From: an uncultured delta proteobacterium
GTDB lineage: Bacteria; Myxococcota_A; Polyangia; Polyangiales; Polyangiaceae
Direction of reading: 5' to 3'
Length of the DNA: 64,000 nucleotides
NCBI GenBank assembly: GCA_963782055.1
Contig: CAWAIF010000003.1
Span: 3,872,001-3,936,000, forward strand
The notes below the pieces were generated by a model, which had not been told where the DNA came from, searched no databases, and saw only the letters and a list, made by a program, of their open reading frames with translations. How positions within the stretch are numbered: position 1 is the first letter of the stretch; each line of letters begins with the position of its first letter. Both the position numbers and the translations under genes were made by a program. Positions 31,828-42,923 of this stretch are shown here, one piece after another.

Positions 31828-32385
31828 ATGCTCGACGACGTCCACAAGGAGCTGCTGACCGCCATCGGCAAGGCGCAGGACGCGCTGAAGCGCGAGCTGG
31901 CCAAGCTGCGGGCGGGACGGGCCAGCGCCAGCCTCCTGGACGGCATCCGCGTCGACTACTACGGCACGGCCACGCCCCTGACCCAGATGGCCCACGTCAA
32001 TGTGCCCGAGCCGCGCCTGATCACGGTCAAGCCGTGGGACAAGACTCAGGTGAAGGCGGTGGAGAAGGCCATCCGGGAGTCCGACCTCGGTCTCAACCCC
32101 CAGGCGGACAACGATCTCATCCGCATCCCCCTGCCGCCCCTCACCGAGGAGCGCCGCAAGGAGTTCGTCAAGATCGCGCGGAAGTATGGCGAGGAGTGCA
32201 AGGTGGCCATCCGCAAGGCGCGCCACGACGCCCTCGACATGCAAAACCAGATCGAGAGCGATGGCGAGGCCAGCGCCGACGACGTGGACCGCGGCAAGAA
32301 GCGGACGGAGGACGCTGTGAGCGACGCCGTCAAGCAGGTGGATGCCACCATCGGGCACAAAGAGAAGGACATCATGGAGGTATGA
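31828..32385 (+). CDS. frr: Ribosome recycling factor
   Basis: LRAGRA, VDYYG, LGLNP, PPLTEERRKE. Confidence 0.97.
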   Translation: MLDDVHKELLTAIGKAQDALKRELAKLRAGRASASLLDGIRVDYYGTATPLTQMAHVNVPEPRLITVKPWDKTQVKAVEKAIRESDLGLNPQADNDLIRIPLPPLTEERRKEFVKIARKYGEECKVAIRKARHDALDMQNQIESDGEASADDVDRGKKRTEDAVSDAVKQVDATIGHKEKDIMEV

Positions 32386-32399
32386 GGGGCCAGCCCTCC

Positions 32400-32428
32400 T
32401 TGACACCCATGCCGCCCACTGAAATCCT
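32400..32428 (+). promoter_or_regulatory. Putative sigma70 promoter of the PP2C gene
   Basis: TTGACA-N17-AATCCT with TG one base upstream of the -10. Confidence 0.4.
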
Positions 32429-32461
32429 CATCGTGTCCTTTTCGAGGGAGCTATTCCGTTG

Positions 32462-33535
32462 ATGCGGGCAGTCGCCTGGGGTCTGACGGATGTTGGGCTT
32501 CAGCGAGAACATAACGAGGACTCGTTCATCGTTCTCAAGGAGTACGACCTTTTCGTCGTGGCCGACGGAATGGGCGGGCACCGTGCGGGCGACGTCGCGT
32601 CCAAGCTCGCGACGGAGACGATCAGCGAGTTCTTCCGGTCCACGGCCAACGAGGACGTGACCTGGCCCTTCCACTTCGACACCAGCCTGTCGGAGGAGGA
32701 AAACCGCCTGCTCACCGGCATCCGGGTGGCCAACCGGCAGATCTTCGAGCGGAGCACCCGCTCGCGCGAGTACCACGGCATGGGCACCACGGTGGTGGGC
32801 GCCATGTTCAGCCCCCGCAAGGGCCGGATGTACATCGGCCACGTGGGCGACTCGCGCTGCTACCGGGTCCGCAAGGGAGAGATCAAGCTGCTCACCCGCG
32901 ACCACTCCCTCTTCAACGACTACCTGCTGGCGATGCCCGACCTCACCGAGGAGCAGCGGCGCGAGCTACCGAAGAACGTCATCACCCGGGCGCTCGGCAT
33001 GCAGGACCAGGTCGCCGTCGACCTCCAGTACGACGAGGCCCAGCCGGGCGACACCTACATCCTCTGCTCCGACGGCCTCTCCGGCATGATCGAGGACGAG
33101 GAGATCCAGCAGATCATCCTGGGCTGCGTCGACATCCGCGAGGCGGCCCGCAAGCTCATCGAGCGCGCGAACGAGCACGGCGGCGAGGACAACATCACCG
33201 CAGTCGTCATCCGCATCGAGAACGAGGGGGCCATCATCACCACCGCGGAGGAAGAGGAGCGCGGCCTCGCCTCCACCGAGATGCCCCCGCCCGCGTCGGC
33301 GGCCGCCGGCGCCGGGGCCCCCGCCCCTCCCCACGTGCCCGCCGACATGACGCCCGCCGCCGAGGCGGAGGCCTCGCCCGACGACACCGGGAAGGTCGCT
33401 GGCCCGCCCGGAACCAGCGCCGAGCGGCTCGAGCAGATCGCCGCGCAGATCGGGGACGATCCCACCGTCCCCGCCCTCGACCTCCGGAAGGAGCTCGAGG
33501 CGATCAAGAAGGCCAAGAAAGACTCGGAGTCTTGA
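32462..33535 (+). CDS. PP2C-family (Stp1/IreP-like) Ser/Thr phosphatase with disordered C-terminal tail
   Basis: REHNED, VADGMGGH, GMGTT, HVGDSR, LCSDGL, GGEDNIT. Confidence 0.93.
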   Translation: MRAVAWGLTDVGLQREHNEDSFIVLKEYDLFVVADGMGGHRAGDVASKLATETISEFFRSTANEDVTWPFHFDTSLSEEENRLLTGIRVANRQIFERSTRSREYHGMGTTVVGAMFSPRKGRMYIGHVGDSRCYRVRKGEIKLLTRDHSLFNDYLLAMPDLTEEQRRELPKNVITRALGMQDQVAVDLQYDEAQPGDTYILCSDGLSGMIEDEEIQQIILGCVDIREAARKLIERANEHGGEDNITAVVIRIENEGAIITTAEEEERGLASTEMPPPASAAAGAGAPAPPHVPADMTPAAEAEASPDDTGKVAGPPGTSAERLEQIAAQIGDDPTVPALDLRKELEAIKKAKKDSES

Positions 33536-33575
33536 CCCGCCGCGCGCAGCCGGGCTAAACGCACGCGCTCCCCCC

Positions 33576-34310
33576 ATGGTCAAGGCGATCTTCGCGGTCC
33601 TCGGCGCGTTCTGCGTCTACACGATGGCCGCCCTCGGTTACTTCGGCATCGCGATCCTGATGGGGATCGAGAGCGCGTGCATCCCCCTGCCGAGCGAGCT
33701 CATCATGCCGTACGCCGGCGCGCTGAGCGACCCGGGCGTACGCGACGCGCTCGGCGCGCAGTACGGCGTGCACCTCGCCCCCTTCAATCTCATCATCGCC
33801 GCGTTCGCCGGCGCGCTGGGGTGCAACCTGGGGAGCGAGCTCGCCTACTGGGTCGGCGCCACCGGCGGGCGCAAGGCCATCGAGCGTTACGGCAAGTACG
33901 TGCTCGTCAGCAAGCACGAGCTCGCCATCGCCGACCGCTGGTTCGCCAAGCGCGGCGACATCATCGTCCTGGTGGCGCGACTCCTGCCCGTCATCCGCAC
34001 CTTCATCGCCTTCCCCGCCGGCGTCGCGCGGATGAACCGCGTGAAGTTCCACGTCTACACCTTCGCTGGGTCGCTCCCGTGGTGCCTCGTCCTCGCCTTC
34101 GTGGGCCAGCGCCTGGGAGCCGAGCTGCTCAAGCCGACCTCGCCGCTGAAGCACTTCATGCACCGCTTCGACGCGGTCATCGCGACGGTCATCGTGGCGG
34201 CGGGCGTCTGGTTCGTGTGGAGCCGGATCAAGACGTTCCGGCAGTACCGCGATCAGGACCAGGCCGAGGCGCTGCGCAAGGCCGGCGAGGCCGACAACAA
34301 CGATCCGTGA
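33576..34310 (+). CDS. dedA: DedA family membrane protein
   Basis: ESACIPLPSE, ARLLPVIRTFIAFPAG. Confidence 0.9.
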   Translation: MVKAIFAVLGAFCVYTMAALGYFGIAILMGIESACIPLPSELIMPYAGALSDPGVRDALGAQYGVHLAPFNLIIAAFAGALGCNLGSELAYWVGATGGRKAIERYGKYVLVSKHELAIADRWFAKRGDIIVLVARLLPVIRTFIAFPAGVARMNRVKFHVYTFAGSLPWCLVLAFVGQRLGAELLKPTSPLKHFMHRFDAVIATVIVAAGVWFVWSRIKTFRQYRDQDQAEALRKAGEADNNDP

Positions 34311-34367
34311 AGCCTGCGCCTGGCGCCTGCGCTTGGGAAAGCCCCCCTTTGGCGCTAGATTCCCCCC

Positions 34368-36101
<1,734 letters not shown>

Positions 36102-36333
36102 CCGTGCCCGTGCGCTGCTTGGGCAACGGCGTCGCGAGGACGTTTTTGGCGGTGTCCCTGATCTCCACGCGGAAGAAGTCGCAGTTGGTGCCGCACGTGT
36201 CGGGGCAGGTATCCCAGTAGTACCTGCCGAGCGCGGCGCCGGCGGGACCGCTGGTGCCGTAGGTCGGGATGGTGACCGGCTGCGTGATCGTGCTCTCGCC
36301 GTTGGTCGGTAACCTCGACCCCAGCTCCGCGGA
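36102..36333 (-). pseudogene. Remnant of a secreted beta-sandwich domain (N-terminal half)
   Basis: SAELGS..PTNGESTITQPVTIP..YYWDTCPD..EIRDTAKNVLAT; no plausible start; runs into the mutase 3' end. Confidence 0.45.
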
Positions 36334-36531
36334 ACGCGACCCAGCAAGAAGCCCCGCAAGCGGACGGCAAGCCCGGCCGACGGTGGGAGGTCGCAACCCA
36401 CGCACCCGTCAGCGCTCGGCGTGCTGCAGTCGCTCGCCAGGTTCGCCTGGGTGAACTTCACGCAGCTCAGACCGCAGTCAATTCGAGTCTCCTGCGGGGT
36501 CGACACGCCCAGCCGCCCGTGCCTTCACGGC

Positions 36532-36795
36532 TCACGGGGTACCGTGGCGGTCAACGTCGCCGGCGTGCGGCGCGGCGCGCTCTCCGTCCCAGCCGGCAAG
36601 CGAGGCGCCCGCAGGACCGGCGTACTCGTACTGGCCGGGCACGATCCCGCCCCGGCACGTGGGCGGCGGGATCCACGCGGCGGACGGCTCGCAGGATTGC
36701 GCCGTCTGCAGCGCGCCGGTGACGGACCAGGATCCAGCCGTGGTCGCGACGGCTGCGGCGAGCAGCAGCACATCGAAGCGGCTCAGCCTTCTCAC
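36532..36795 (-). pseudogene. Short, probably degenerate secreted-protein ORF
   Basis: GTGA-coupled start, signal-like LLLAAAVATTAG. Confidence 0.3.
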
Positions 36796-37148
36796 TGGCC
36801 GCAGTGGGGGGTGGAGGGCGTGCAGCAGCTGCATCCGGGAGTTACTCCGCTACTGCACTGGCACACCTGGCCGGCGGTGCACCACGGGCTGCACCCCGGA
36901 GCTGTCGTAGGAATGCATGGGGGAACAGCCGCGTCGTCGACCTCGGAGGCAGCGATCGAGCCCCGGTTTCGGTCGCAGTAGTAGGCCTGACCGTCCCCCC
37001 CGCCGCCGCCGCCGCCGTCTCCCGAAGCTCCCCCACTGTCGGTCCCCCCGCTGTCGCTCCCGTTCCCGCCTCCCCCTGGCGCTACCTTCCCGCACGCGGT
37101 GGAGAGCCCGAGGAGAAGGACGATGGCAGCAAGCGAGGAGCGGCTCAC
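36792..37148 (-). CDS. Small Gly/Cys-rich lipoprotein
   Basis: GTG overlapping the upstream TGA; LLLGLSTAC lipobox; Cys-rich C-terminus. Confidence 0.7.
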   Translation of the reverse strand: MSRSSLAAIVLLLGLSTACGKVAPGGGGNGSDSGGTDSGGASGDGGGGGGGDGQAYYCDRNRGSIAASEVDDAAVPPCIPTTAPGCSPWCTAGQVCQCSSGVTPGCSCCTPSTPHCGQ

Positions 37149-37534
37149 GGCAACACCCACTGCGTCGCGAAGACCTGCGTCCGGCCCGCCCCGCCGTCCT
37201 GCGGATCGTTCCGGTTGTCGCCCCAGGCCGGGATGAACGCTCCGGTGCCGTCCTGCGCCGCCGCCATGCCCTCGTAGTCGCCCCAGGGAGTGTTGTTGCC
37301 GCTGGTCACGGTCGCCGGATCTTTCCACGGCACGGGCGCCTGGTTCTGCAGGACGCTCACGTCATCGACGAAGGTGTACGTTGCATCACCCGGGTAGTTG
37401 TCGTCCTTGTTGGTGATGGCGACCACCACCGTCTGGCCGGCGTACGCGCTGAGGCGCTGAGGAGGTGGTCCAGGATCCACGCAGCCCGTGGCCGCGACCG
37501 CACCGGTGGCGGTCACCGAGGGGCTCGGCGTCAC
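37145..37534 (-). pseudogene. Orphan C-terminal fragment of a BNR/sialidase-like secreted protein
   Basis: LSAYAGQTV..DDNYPGD..VDDVSV then GDYEGMAA..FIPAWGDNRN; no signal peptide or N-terminal part. Confidence 0.6.
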
Positions 37535-38073
37535 TTCTGCGCGCACGCGGACACGCAGCGGTCGCCGCCCTGAGCGTGAATGCAGAGCTCATTAGATGCG
37601 CACTGGTTGAAATGAGAGTTGTCCCCACAATAGTTCTGCCAGCTCGCCGACAACTTCACGTAGACGCAGTCACCGATCGAGCATCGATACCCACTCCCGT
37701 CAGGGCAGGCGCACTTCGACGCGGCTGCGCCGCCCATCGCGTAGCCCTGCGCCCAGGCCTGGCAGAAGGCATCGCCCCCACTCCCGGCGGTGCAATCCGG
37801 CGGGATGAGCTGGCTGATCGCGCAGGTCCCGTTGACGCATACGCCGGTGCTACCGGGCGCGAACGCCTGCACCCACGCCGTGCACACCGGATCGCTCGCC
37901 GGTCCGGGGGTGCTGCACGCCGGCGGAACGTAGGCGCTCGCGTCGTCCGCCAGGCACGACCGTCCCCACTCTGGTGCTCCCCCTTCGGGCACTCCGCCGT
38001 CTGCGGCGCCGGCGACCTGCCCGCCACATGCGAGGAGAAGACAAGGGAGCACCAGGGTCGGGATAGAATTCAT
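37531..38073 (-). CDS. Cys-rich lipoprotein
   Basis: LLLAC lipobox; internal duplication (DPVCTAWVQ / DAFCQAWAQ); ATGA overlap. Confidence 0.75.
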   Translation of the reverse strand: MNSIPTLVLPCLLLACGGQVAGAADGGVPEGGAPEWGRSCLADDASAYVPPACSTPGPASDPVCTAWVQAFAPGSTGVCVNGTCAISQLIPPDCTAGSGGDAFCQAWAQGYAMGGAAASKCACPDGSGYRCSIGDCVYVKLSASWQNYCGDNSHFNQCASNELCIHAQGGDRCVSACAQK

Positions 38074-39296
38074 GGGTTGTGCACCTCGATGCGGCGGGTG
38101 TTGACCTGGGGTTGGTTGCTGCTCAGCTGCACCCAGACGGGATGAAACACCCCGAACGGGTAGCCGGTGGGCTCGTACTCCCGCGGTGCGTCGGCGATCC
38201 CCATGTAGTCGCCATGGATCCGAGCGTTCCCGCTCGTGTCGGTGGCCGGCCAGGTGGTGCTGGAAAGCGTCCCGCTGACCCACTGGCTGAGAAAGTTCGG
38301 CGTGTAGGCCGCTGCGTATGCCGTCGTCATCACCGAATCCGTTGCAGTCGAAGAATACCACGTGAGCAGCAGTGTCCATCCGCGTCCGAGCGCAGGGTGG
38401 GGAAGGAGACCGACGGCCCGCTGTACGAGGTCAACTGCGACCAGGTGCCGCCGTGGTCCGTGCTCCGGAACAGCCGGATGCTGCCCTTCGCGTCGTTCAC
38501 GGCGACGTAGTAGTCGAGTGTGGCCTTGTCCTCGGCGAAGCCGAAGTCGCGCAGGCCGTTCTGGAGGACAGGCGACGTCGTTCCGTTCCCGTCCACCACG
38601 CACCAGCGGAAGGTGTCGGTGTGGTAGATCTGGACGCTGCTCGACCACGTGGAGCCGCCGTCGGTCGTCGAGACACGCTGCCAGCCAACCCCCTTCACGC
38701 CGTTGTCCGGGCAGTTGAATTCGTGGTCTGTCGTGGAGTACACTACCGTCACCGTGGTGATTCCGGTGCCGGGGTCCGTATCGGCTTGGATGAGCATGCC
38801 GCCCTGACCCCAGGTCAGGTCCTCACGAACCATGTTCGATATGGAGTGTGAGCCACTCGCGTTCCACGTGATGCTGCCGGACGCATTGAAGGCCCCCTGA
38901 CGCAGGCACCCGCCGAAGGTCCCCGCGCCGTTGTGACGCCAGCCAATCCAGATCTGGCCGTTGTCGTACGTGGCGAACGGCTGGTCCTGACCGCCGCTGT
39001 CGCACGAGTCGCCGCTGTCCGAGTTCACGATCTGCGTACTCCGGAAGGTCTGCCCACCATCGGTGGACACGCTCACCAGGACATAGGCCGGGAAGTCGGT
39101 GGACCCTTGGCCGGTCTTGTGTGCGAGCTGGACGAAGGCGACCTTGCCTGCACCGTCCGAGACCAGGATGGGGTCGCCCACCCAGTCGCTCTGGTTCGCG
39201 ACGGTCGGTACCGCGGCGCCCGGACCGCCGCAGTTCGTCAAGGTCATGTCGCAGTAGGTCCAGGATCCCGCGACGGTCGGGGTGGGTGAGTAGGCC

Positions 39297-40812
39297 GTGT
39301 CTGCTTAGCGGTGTCGCACACTGTGGGTCCATTCTTCGTTCCTGATGCGAGAAGTTCTTTCCATGGGACCTGATCGGGAGCATCCCGGATCACGTGACGC
39401 CCGAGCAGCGGATCCAGGAGCTGGAGCAGGAGAACGCCGCGCTTCGCGAAGAGCTGGCGAAGCTGCGCAAGGAGATCGAGGAGTGGAAGCGCGGGTTCCG
39501 GGAGCGCGGGAAGCGGCGGACGTCGCGCTCCGAGGGTCGGCGGGCGCCCTCGGGCAAGCCGCGCGGCCGCAAGGTGGGCCATGTCGGATCGCGGCCCGCC
39601 GCACCGGCCCACGTCGACGACGAAGTCGTGCACGAGATGCCGGCGACGTGCAGCTGTGGCGGGGCAGTCGTGGCGACGGGCGAGACGGACAGCACAGTCG
39701 TCACCGACATCCCAGTGGTGCAGCCGCGGCAGACGCATCACGTGGCGCACGTCGGCAGCTGCGAGGTGTGCCACAAGCGCGTGGTCGCGAAGCTGCCGGG
39801 CGCGCCGGCGGCGGGCAAGAGCGTCGCCGCGGTGTCGTTCGGCCCCAACGTGCAGGCGATGGCGCTGGACCTGCGCTTCGAGCGCGACATGCCGCTGGGC
39901 AAGATCAGTGCGTTCCTCGGACAGTGGCTCGGCATCTCGATCACGACCGGCGGCCTGGCGCAGATGTTCGACCGATTGCGACGCCGCTCGGCGCCGAGCT
40001 ACGACGAGCTGGTCGACGCGGTGCGCGCATCGCCCGTGGCGGGCCTCGACGAGAGCGGCCATCGACAGGACGGCGTGCCGGGTTGGATGTGGCTGATGCG
40101 CACCGACCGCGTCTCGGTCTTCCGCGCCGAGCTGTCGCGCGGCGCGTGGGTCGCCGAGTCGATGCTCGGCGCGAGCTTCAAAGGAGTCCTGTGCACCGAC
40201 TTCTACGGCGTGTACACGAGTCACGACGGCTGGACCCACGCCTACTGCGGTGCGCACACCATCCGCGAGGCCAAGAAGATCGCCGAGCTCACCCCGTGCG
40301 CCGCGACCGAGGAGTTCCGCGACCGACTCATCGGCTTCTACGTCGCGGGCAAGCACGCCGCGGCGAGCGGCAATCCCGAGCAGCGCCGAGGCGCGCGCAT
40401 CCGCCTCGGCCATCTCATCAGCAGCACCAACTTCGTGGAGTTCCCGGACATCGTCCGGCTGCAGGAGCGCCTCGACGAGCACAAGGTGGGGGTGACGCTC
40501 TTCATCGACCGCCCCGACGTCCCGGCCACGAACAACGCGACCGAACGCGACATCCGCGCCCACGGGCGGCACCGCGCGATGACCGGCGGAACGCGCTCGG
40601 CCGCCGGCAGCGCCACCCTGGCGGACTGGATGAGCATCACGCAGACGCGGCGCAAGTGCCGGCTCCCGCTTCGGGGCTTCGTCATCGGGCTGTACGAAAG
40701 TCACCTCCACGGCAAGCCGCCTCCGTCTGTCTTTGCCCACTAGCCGGCGAGTCCTCCGACGGTCGACGTCACGCCCGGGCCGCGGGCCGTCTTCCGGCCG
40801 CTAAGCAGAGAC
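39297..40812 (+). mobile_element. IS66-family (single-ORF, ISBst12-like) insertion sequence, 1516 bp
   Basis: 15-bp TIRs GTGTCTGCTTAGCGG / CCGCTAAGCAGAGAC (1 mismatch); 8-bp TSD AGTAGGCC at 39289-39296 and 40813-40820. Confidence 0.93.
39394..40743 (+). CDS. IS66-family transposase, apparently intact
   Basis: N-terminal coiled coil, CSC..CEVC zinc finger, LDESG, TDFYGVY, CGAH, TNNATERDIR. Confidence 0.92.
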   Translation: MTPEQRIQELEQENAALREELAKLRKEIEEWKRGFRERGKRRTSRSEGRRAPSGKPRGRKVGHVGSRPAAPAHVDDEVVHEMPATCSCGGAVVATGETDSTVVTDIPVVQPRQTHHVAHVGSCEVCHKRVVAKLPGAPAAGKSVAAVSFGPNVQAMALDLRFERDMPLGKISAFLGQWLGISITTGGLAQMFDRLRRRSAPSYDELVDAVRASPVAGLDESGHRQDGVPGWMWLMRTDRVSVFRAELSRGAWVAESMLGASFKGVLCTDFYGVYTSHDGWTHAYCGAHTIREAKKIAELTPCAATEEFRDRLIGFYVAGKHAAASGNPEQRRGARIRLGHLISSTNFVEFPDIVRLQERLDEHKVGVTLFIDRPDVPATNNATERDIRAHGRHRAMTGGTRSAAGSATLADWMSITQTRRKCRLPLRGFVIGLYESHLHGKPPPSVFAH

Positions 40813-41233
40813 AGTAGGCCCATCCGGCGGGCGCACCGTGGCGGTCGTTGAATGCCACGACGAGATTCGGGGATCCCGGCGATGGCGCCCCCGACCAGAC
40901 CGCAACTGGTTCGTTCTCGTTCCACGCGGGAGAGAAGCCCGAGCCCTGCGTGACAATCTGTGGGGCCGTGGGCTCCTGTACGGTCGTGGCCTGCTGAACC
41001 GAGCCGACGTTCTCGCTCGAGCACGCCGCTGCGGGAAGGACGAGCAAAATGGACGCTAGCAGGAGGTTGTCTCGACGCATGGTGTCCCCTTTCGTGTAGA
41101 AGCGGGCTCGCGTGTCCTAGTACCTGGTCCCGCCCTCGGCACCGACCATCGCGCGGTCCGCGCTCACAGTGCGCGCACAAATGCCGTTACCCGTGTTGCA
41201 CGAACGACACACGCCAGGGACGCCTAATCCGTC

Positions 41234-41264
41234 TTGCAATCACCCCCGGGGGGGGGGGTATCCT
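41234..41264 (+). promoter_or_regulatory. Putative sigma70 promoter with G11 tract in the spacer
   Basis: TTGCAA (41234-39), N19 containing C5G11, TATCCT (41259-64), then GAGGAGG RBS. Confidence 0.5.
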
Positions 41265-41560
41265 CTCTTGCTTCGAGGAGGGCGCCCGCGATGGAGCCGG
41301 CGACGTGCGTCTTGCTGGTGGACGATGATCGGCTCGTGCGTTCGGCCCTGCGGCGGGAGGCCGGGCGGCACCCGGGGAGATGGGACTGGGTGCTGACGGC
41401 CTCGGCGCCCGAGGCGCTGGGGAGGATCGTGCGCGAGCGCTTCGACGTCATGGTCACCGACTTGAACCTTGGACCCGGCACGATGAACGGCCTGGAGCTG
41501 ACTCGCGCGGTGCGCGCCCTGCCGGATCGCACGCCCGTCCTCCTCTATACCGGCCGGGAC

Positions 41561-42923
41561 CTGACCCATCCCCTCAGTTTCCTGCCTCTCGCGGGGACTC
41601 AAACTTGAGGATTTCCGCGAGGAAGAGATGGCCCCGTACAATCTTCTCGTAGGCGGTGAGGAGGCGGTCGAGCCACTCCTCGCGCATGGTGTCGAGGCAC
41701 GAGTACCAGTAGAGACCCTGGTTGAAGAGCGACATCGTTCGCTTGGGCGACGTATTCGTCTTGAGGGTCTTGTCGAGCTTCGATGCCTCACTCGCCGCGC
41801 CGAGGAGCGTCAGCAGAGTGTATGCGATCGCGATGAGAAACAGCAGACGGTCACGCCGCCCGGCGTCGCCGATGTGCGTCGCCCGGAGGCCAACGCCGAA
41901 GGTGATGTCTTTCTGGTCCCGAAACGTCTCTTCGATCGTGAACCTCTTCGAGTACGCCTGCACGATCTCGTTGGCGTCGGCCGTAGTGAGCGACGTCGCC
42001 AGACACCACGCTTCCTTCATGCCCTTTCGCTTGACCAGCACCACGGCCGGCACCTTGCTCTTCTTCCTCGTCACCGTGACGCCGACGAGCTTTCGCACCC
42101 GACCGTGCGCGGGCACGAGCTCCGCGGCCGGCAGGCCCTCCGCGTCCGACTCCGACACGATGATGTTCTCGCGGAACCGGATGATGTAGTCCCAGCCGTA
42201 GAGGCCGAGCAACTCGTAGAGCTCCGCGTACCCGAAGGCTCAATCCGCCATCAGCGTCACGCTCACCGCGGCAGGCAGCCACTCGTGCAGCTGCCGCACC
42301 ATCTCCAGTTCATGGCCGGTGCGCTTCGTCTTGAGCGTCGACTTCTTGACCGTCTTCCACGCAAACGGGCTCGCCCGTCCGTGCGTCGTGACCAGGTACG
42401 CGCAGAGCGTCGTGTGGTCGTCGTCGTCGAAATCCGTCCAGTCCATCGCGAGCACGATGTTCGACGTCGTCCCGACGACGTGCTTCACCCACAGCGGCAT
42501 CAGCACCTCGAGCTTCACTTCCTCGTTGCTCAGCAGCCGGTCCACCTGCTTCACGCCGCTCTTGCTCTCGATCCTCGCAAGCCGCGCGTACGCTCGACCG
42601 ATTGCCGCGATCGACACAACGCTCGCGTTCAGAACCCCCGTCACTCCATTCGCGAGCGACCGCACCCGGGCAAGGTGGACGTCTCCGCCGAACAGCTTCT
42701 CCATCGATGTGCGCGTCTGCGACAACGTCCAGAGCCTACGTCGTCCGCCGCCGAGCGGCAGCAGCCATGTTGCGAGAGGGACGGTCTGCATGTCGCCGCA
42801 AACAGTTCGCTCCGCCCATGGATTCCCGCCTCGCAGGTCATCCCGGACCACCCCATCCAGGAACACAGCGGTTTCGATTACCTACGCGTCATCTTTCATC
42901 CGCAGAATGAGGGGATCCCTCAG
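41561..42923 (-). mobile_element. IS4-family, IS10-like insertion sequence, 1363 bp
   Basis: TIRs CTGACCCATCCCCTCA / TGAGGGGATCCCTCAG; 9-bp TSD GGCCGGGAC at 41552-41560 and 42924-42932. Confidence 0.92.
41574..42791 (-). pseudogene. IS4-family transposase with in-frame nonsense codon (start uncertain)
   Basis: MDWTD, AD*AFG (TGA at 42240-42242), YSKRFTIEETFRDQK (YREK motif). Confidence 0.87.

Larger units (their letters stand above)
38070..41080 (-). pseudogene. BNR/Asp-box (sialidase-like) lipoprotein interrupted by IS66 and frameshifted at ~38372
   Basis: Lipobox AAAC; Asp-boxes STDGGQTF, TTDGGSTW, STDHGGTW; frame restored as GWAYSPTPT after IS removal. Confidence 0.85.

Noticed and set aside
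42240..42242. Selenocysteine or programmed readthrough at the transposase TGA
   Set aside because: The position corresponds to a conserved Arg (DRxF); a CGA-to-TGA mutation is simpler.
39297..42923. Composite transposon formed by the two IS elements
   Set aside because: They belong to different families, and each has its own flanking target duplication, so they are independent insertions.
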